DNA of 64,000 nucleotides from an uncultured Oceanospirillales bacterium (GTDB lineage Bacteria; Pseudomonadota; Gammaproteobacteria; Pseudomonadales; Endozoicomonadaceae): NCBI GenBank assembly GCA_947040555.1, contig CAMRBW010000002.1, positions 3,836 to 67,835 of the forward strand, read 5' to 3'. Shown piece by piece: positions 59,423 to 64,000 of this stretch (position 1 is its first letter; each line of letters starts with the position of its first letter). The notes under the pieces were generated by a model. It saw only the letters and a program-made list of their open reading frames with translations, ran no database searches and was not told where the DNA came from. The position numbers and the translations under genes were made by a program.

Positions 59423-59926
59423 CTACGCTTTCAGTGCATCCATTGCCAATTTCCAGCTCTTGAATAGCTTTTGGGAAAGTGCACGCTCTATTTGCGGAAT
59501 GACAATACATTTTTGTTTGCACAACATTCGTGATGCAAGCTCTTTAGCAGTTACATCTAAAGGTTGCTTCCAATACAAATTCGCATCTTCCTTGGCGGTA
59601 GCCCCAAAGACGACAACATCAATCTCAGCCCAAATACTTGTAGCCATGCACATTGGGCATGGCTCACAGGTACTATACAGGGCACAACCCTTAAGTGATC
59701 TATTTCCAATTTTTTTTACTGCCTTACGTATGGCATTAACTTCACCATGACAAGTTGGATCACCGTTTTTAATAACCGTATCGTATGCTTGAGCTATCAA
59801 CTCTCCTTCAGAATTATAGATGGAAGCACCGAAAGGAGAGGGGTATGGAGTCATTAATGACGTTGATGTGTATTCAATAAGATCCCTCATACGCTTGCTA
59901 TGTAGATCTTTTATGATTTCTGACAT
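59423..59926 (-). CDS. CDA-fold nucleoside/nucleotide deaminase (guanine/cytosine deaminase-like)
   Basis: Zinc motifs CHGEVNAI and CEPCPMC. 167 aa. Confidence 0.8.
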   Translation of the reverse strand: MSEIIKDLHSKRMRDLIEYTSTSLMTPYPSPFGASIYNSEGELIAQAYDTVIKNGDPTCHGEVNAIRKAVKKIGNRSLKGCALYSTCEPCPMCMATSIWAEIDVVVFGATAKEDANLYWKQPLDVTAKELASRMLCKQKCIVIPQIERALSQKLFKSWKLAMDALKA

Positions 59927-60025
59927 TTTGTTTCCTACTACACTTCTGGATAAAACAGAACGTCCTAACTGTACCTTATTTCTTTGATTTGTAACCGCTC
60001 AATTTACGACGTCGTCAAAAGTGAA

Positions 60026-60361
60026 GTAACTGCTCAGCCCCCCAGGGCTTACGCATGAGTTAATGCGGTGAATCATGGAAGTTGCAGTGAATTAAGCTAG
60101 AAACATGTGCCTTGAGCATGATTCACCGCCCGCACGGCGGAAGGTTTGGGTACAGCATGATGGTTTGGAAATTTCTTATCTGCTGGATGTCTTACTTACC
60201 AAGGGATGTAGAGCATTTCTGACTGGTGCGTAAGCCCCCTGATGATAATTTGTGCTTCAGGAGAGTAGGAAGGCATAACCATCAACCAAAGAGCAGTCCC
60301 TCATATATTGGCACAATATTCCAAAAATGCAGTATCGGATCGGAGGGGGCTGAACGGTTAC
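60026..60361. repeat. 336-bp highly structured element bounded by 16-nt inverted repeats that share the MITE terminus
   Basis: gtaactgctcagcccc ... ggggctgaacggttac (14 of 16). Nested perfect inverted repeats are gcggtgaatcatg/catgattcaccgc and gggcttacgca/tgcgtaagccc. Confidence 0.55.
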
Positions 60362-60637
60362 GATCATCCCAGGAAAATAAAAATGGGTCGTAACAACAAT
60401 GGCAATCCGGGTCTGATTGCGCTCTGTTCATACAAGAGCAGCCATCAGTCATGACAGCATATGAAAATATCCAGACAAGAGCGTTTAACCTGGCCCAAAA
60501 TGGGGAAAACGCTATATTCTTGTCGTCTAGATAAATGAGGTGGGATTTTGCCGTGTATTACACGGCCACCGGCAAGTTCATCGCCAGAATTTACCATCAA
60601 CGCATTGGCACCATGGTCTGTGAAGAGTCCGTTAATA

Positions 60638-61732
60638 TCATGCCCTTGTGTCTTGTGAAGTACACAATAGTGTTTGATCAGAGTCCGCTGGAAAATCCAG
60701 CGTACGGGTTGGAAAGGCGATATCTGCCCCATGCCGGCGAACAATTTTCACCACTTCAAGCAGCACCTTCTCCTGAACCAGCAGATAGTCGGACCAGCCA
60801 GTCGTTTTGGTGAAGCAATATATCTGACAATCCAGACTTGAGGGGCCAAAATTGATAAAATTGACGATAATGATTCTGTCTTTGGCAATATCTTCATCTT
60901 TTTGCAGGTAGCTGCGGATCTCCCCGAGTATCGGATCAACCTTGTTACTGTCACCATATCTCAGGCCAAAAGTCTGTCTGATTCGGCGATTCTCCATGCG
61001 GGACGGATTTTCTATGGAGACGGTTATAAACGTGGAATTCGGAACATAAAGGGGGCGTCGGGTAAAGGTTCTGATCCGGGTCTGACGCCAGCCGATAGCT
61101 TCAATGACGCCCTCAATATCCCTGTCCGGTGAACGAATCCAGTCGCCTACACGAAACGGTTTGTCAATATAGATCATCCAGCCCCCAAAAAAGTTAGCCA
61201 GTAAATCCTTGGCAGCAAAACCGACAGCCAGCCCGCCTACCCCACCAAAGGCAAGCACACCAGAAAGGCTATACCCTAACGTCTGAAAAACCACCAGAAG
61301 ACCGATCATTATAACCATGACCCGCACCAGTCGGCCAAAAACGGCAACTGACGTTTGATCCACTTTCTTGCTTTCGTTCAGGTACTGCCCCTCAACCGTC
61401 TGGATAAAAAAGACCAGCGCCCAGCAGGAGAGTGCGACAAACAGCAGCTCGCGAAAGCTTTCAAAGAGGGGTAACAGGGCGCTCTCTACACCCTTCAATA
61501 CCGCCTCTGCGGCCCAGCCCAGACCGATTGCCCAAATAAACAGGAAGGTCGGTTTCTGTCCTGCCTGAAGCAGGCAGTCATCCCAGCGATTCCGGGTGGC
61601 TTCTGCTCTTTTTACTAATCCGGCAAACAATTTCCCAGCCAGAAAACGACAGAGTACTGTGAGTACTACTATCAGGCTTCCCCAAATCAGCCATGGTGGA
61701 ATATTGGTTACTGCAAGTGATGAAAGATCCAT
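60638..61732 (-). CDS. Mechanosensitive ion channel (MscS family)
   Basis: N-terminal TM helices, then the conserved MscS core (NFFGGWMIYIDKPFRVGDWI..IEGVIEAIGWRQTRIRT). Confidence 0.88.
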   Translation of the reverse strand: MDLSSLAVTNIPPWLIWGSLIVVLTVLCRFLAGKLFAGLVKRAEATRNRWDDCLLQAGQKPTFLFIWAIGLGWAAEAVLKGVESALLPLFESFRELLFVALSCWALVFFIQTVEGQYLNESKKVDQTSVAVFGRLVRVMVIMIGLLVVFQTLGYSLSGVLAFGGVGGLAVGFAAKDLLANFFGGWMIYIDKPFRVGDWIRSPDRDIEGVIEAIGWRQTRIRTFTRRPLYVPNSTFITVSIENPSRMENRRIRQTFGLRYGDSNKVDPILGEIRSYLQKDEDIAKDRIIIVNFINFGPSSLDCQIYCFTKTTGWSDYLLVQEKVLLEVVKIVRRHGADIAFPTRTLDFPADSDQTLLCTSQDTRA

Positions 61733-61989
61733 GTGCTATCCCTATAAAATCGACTTTTTTCGATCACCGGCAGAACAGATTCCGGATGAAGAGTCGAATT
61801 AAAATTCTTGTTTTTTATAAATGCGTACTTTAATAAATTTTAACATAGAGTGATTTAAAGGTAACGAATAGAGGAAAAACTGGGGTCATATATGGTTCGC
61901 CCCGCGATGCAAGGTAAACCGTCCGGTGCGATCCCGCATGCCGGGTGATGCGGGGAGGGCTAGAAATCAGCCCTTACCTGGATTTATGT

Positions 61990-62715
61990 TTATTTTCTAG
62001 GTTTTGGCTGCCCCATTCCAACCGGTCGACCATTGTATGCTGCAGGGTCATAGTCTTGGCCAAAAATCAACTCTTGTACTAATGGCAGCTTTAGTGCTTC
62101 TTGCACTTCTTTTTCACCCAAACTATCAATCAATTCTGGTGTTAAATACCCGCCGCGGGGTCTGGGCTGTGGCTGTTTGTGAGGACGGCCGTTATATGAT
62201 ACATCCCCACCGTTTAGCTCAATAAACTTGACAATTGCAGGTAATTGAAGAGCGTTCTGAACATCTTTGTTAGCCAGTGTTTGAAGTAATTCTGGTGAAA
62301 TATATTTTCCACCGCGCGGTCGTGGCTGTGGTTGCCCGACTTGTCGCCCACCATAATTTACGCTACCGTCTCCAAACACTAAACCCTGTATCTCTGGCAG
62401 CTTCAATGCGTCTTGAACATCTTTACTCGATAACTTGGAAATAACCTCTGGCGACAGAAGCACATTAGGAACCGGCTGAATGGGTTTTGTTCCTGTTTTT
62501 TTACTCGTCACAAGTGAGTCTGGAGCAATAAGCTTAATAACATCTTTATTGCTAAGCGCTTTTTGTACCTCGCTCTTTGATAGGGACTCAATAAAAGCAC
62601 TGTCGATATATTTTGCACCTTCAGGAACTGGTGGAAGAGAAATTCCTCCTTGTGCAAGACTCAAACTTGCCCACGCCGATAGGGTGGCAGCGATTAAAAT
62701 TGATTTAATTTTCAT
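61990..62715 (-). CDS. Hypothetical secreted protein with four ~53-aa tandem repeats
   Basis: Signal peptide MKIKSILIAATLSAWASLSLAQG. Repeat core is (Y)(I/L)(S/T)PE(L/V)I..L..K(D/E)VQ.ALKLP......NG(R)..QPQPRPRGG. Confidence 0.65.
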   Translation of the reverse strand: MKIKSILIAATLSAWASLSLAQGGISLPPVPEGAKYIDSAFIESLSKSEVQKALSNKDVIKLIAPDSLVTSKKTGTKPIQPVPNVLLSPEVISKLSSKDVQDALKLPEIQGLVFGDGSVNYGGRQVGQPQPRPRGGKYISPELLQTLANKDVQNALQLPAIVKFIELNGGDVSYNGRPHKQPQPRPRGGYLTPELIDSLGEKEVQEALKLPLVQELIFGQDYDPAAYNGRPVGMGQPKPRK

Positions 62716-62918
62716 TTAACATTCCATTGATTAATTGGTTGAAAAACATAACACCAAAAGCAACGGACCGAAAAGCCGTAGGCTTTTTGTGTCCGTTGGC
62801 TTGCCTTATTATGTGTTGTTTTCACTCGATTAGCCACAGTTCACGAGCGTGGTTTAAATTTAAAATCTTCCATTTGGAAATGTTTCTCCTAAAGCCTCGC
62901 TGAAGTAGCTACAAGGGC

Positions 62919-62945
62919 AAAAAAAAAGGAGACCGTAGTCTCCTT
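62919..62945 (-). terminator. Rho-independent terminator (minus strand)
   Basis: The minus strand reads aaggagac-tacg-gtctcctt followed by T9. Confidence 0.8.
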
Positions 62946-62965
62946 AATGTCGCTTGATTGTCAAA

Positions 62966-63193
62966 TTAAACATAGACGGCAAAAGAGTTTACGTCGGCAT
63001 TAATGCCATTAACCTTCATGTAACCCTCCAGCGCCACTAAGAAACGTCTAATGGAGAATACATCATACGTATCGCCAGTTTCACTACGAGTGGGGTAAAT
63101 ACCGTGTGTACAACGCTTCAACGCGTCTTCTCGATGATATCGACAGTTGTTGTAATTTTTAGCTGCCATGTATTCATTGGAATAATGTGACAA
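62966..63193 (-). CDS. Hypothetical protein (75 aa)
   Basis: ORF followed by a strong terminator. No motif recognised. Confidence 0.4.
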   Translation of the reverse strand: MSHYSNEYMAAKNYNNCRYHREDALKRCTHGIYPTRSETGDTYDVFSIRRFLVALEGYMKVNGINADVNSFAVYV

Positions 63194-63417
63194 TAGTCTA
63201 TTAATCCCTTTGGTAGTATGGTATAGCTTGCATCTTGAGGTTTTTTCTTACCTGCCATATTTAAACGACATGTGACACATCTACCTGAAACCGTATACCT
63301 TAATGACTAGTGATCATTTTCACATAGGTGTTCAGGTAGATAATACATTTGTTGACGCCTAGCTGCTAACTTTCTGTCATCTAACCAATCGCCGTCTTCT
63401 ATTAGTGGACTTTTTTT

Positions 63418-63529
63418 GTAACTGCTCATATTTTACTGGCAAAACGGCGTTTCCAATATTTTCATCAGCGGTTTTACTGGGCTGTAGAAGAGGTAATATC
63501 ACATTTGCCAGATAAATATGAGCACTTAC
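63418..63529. mobile_element. 112-bp MITE, copy 2
   Basis: Terminal inverted repeats gtaactgctcat/atgagcacttac (11 of 12), flanked by an identical 8-bp direct repeat CTTTTTTT (63410-63417 and 63530-63537). Subterminal sequence is shared with copy 1 (ttttactggcaaa, tgccaga.aaatatgagca). Confidence 0.8.
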
Positions 63530-63613
63530 CTTTTTTTACCCATTGTTTTATACCTAATATTTTCAAATTAAAAAAGAGCGTCGGTTAACGCCCTTCCCTA
63601 AACTTTAATCTAA

Positions 63614-63979
63614 TTATTCCCACTGCATACCGTCAGTCTTGGCACCTTTAAGTTTCAATGTAGCTACAAAGGATGGCTTAAAATATCGACAAGGTAAGGC
63701 AAAACTAATAGTAGTTGTTGAATCGTCTGTAAAAGACCATCTAACACTGAACACAAAACCATCGGATGGTTCACCAATATTAACAGATACTGGTATTGCG
63801 GTTTTACCATTAACAATAAGATTCTTTACAGTTTCTTTTATATCGGTTGGACAATTTCCAAATACTTCGTCTATTTCATCCAGGGTAAGGTGGAAGCCAT
63901 AATCATTGCGGTTACCAACAGTATAAGCACCATCCACATGGGTAACTGTTAATCTTATGCCGCCAGACTTTATAACCAT
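63614..63979 (-). CDS. Hypothetical protein (121 aa)
   Basis: ORF only, with beta-rich composition. No motif recognised. Confidence 0.4.
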   Translation of the reverse strand: MVIKSGGIRLTVTHVDGAYTVGNRNDYGFHLTLDEIDEVFGNCPTDIKETVKNLIVNGKTAIPVSVNIGEPSDGFVFSVRWSFTDDSTTTISFALPCRYFKPSFVATLKLKGAKTDGMQWE

Positions 63980-64000
63980 TGGTTTACTATTAAACCGTTC

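Noticed and set aside
60226-60361. Group II intron (a GTGCG 5'-end-like motif at 60226 and a domain-V-like GC stem near 60340)
   Set aside because: There is no reverse-transcriptase/maturase ORF, and I could not recognise a domain V consensus or a proper 3' end. The pairing is better explained by nested inverted repeats of a MITE-like element.
60445-60744. 99-aa minus-strand ORF overlapping the 3' end of the mscS-family gene
   Set aside because: It overlaps mscS by about 100 nt in another frame, with no motif or RBS support.
61885-61900. tRNA fragment or att site (ggttcgcccc resembling a T-arm GGTTCGA)
   Set aside because: No acceptor or anticodon arms can be drawn around it, and no integrase is nearby.

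Overview
The window looks like chromosomal DNA from a gammaproteobacterium, roughly 50% GC. The evidence is gene content and the conserved block rseP-bamA-skp-lpxD-lpxA-lpxB-rnhB-dnaE. Eukaryote-like repeat proteins and heavy IS decay suggest a host-associated marine lineage, but I cannot confirm the taxon.

Order of content:
- Glycogen genes glgB(partial)-glgP-glgX.
- A YghU-type GST and a small tautomerase-like gene.
- A repeat protein with no Sec signal that carries a near-perfect 534-bp tandem duplication.
- An alanine/Na+ symporter.
- The fruBKA fructose PTS operon.
- A decayed mobile patch abutting purL.
- purL and tadA.
- A T3SS-related segment: a metzincin-like protease, a class-I chaperone, a complete sctN-O-P-Q-R-S-T-U operon, a FixJ-type regulator and a degenerate receiver.
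- sbcB, a PilZ protein and dnaE.
- A WD40 gene inserted between dnaE and rnhB.
- The lipid A/OMP cluster, which has no fabZ.
- From about 50.3 kb, an AT-richer accessory region. It holds three VOC/glyoxalase genes, a higA with a dead higB, remnants of at least three IS families, and novel secreted repeat proteins.

Most interesting points:
- The T3SS export-gate operon has no sctV/C/D/J, needle or translocon genes nearby, and has candidate effector and regulator genes beside it.
- A 112-bp MITE family has perfect 12-bp terminal inverted repeats and 8-bp target-site duplications.
- A copy of the purL 3' end differs from purL only at synonymous positions, which looks like an att scar.
- In-frame tandem repeats sit at the 5' ends of lpxB and lpxD.
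- A possible fabZ relic lies in the lpxD-lpxA spacer.

All homology calls come from motif recognition by eye. No searches were run.
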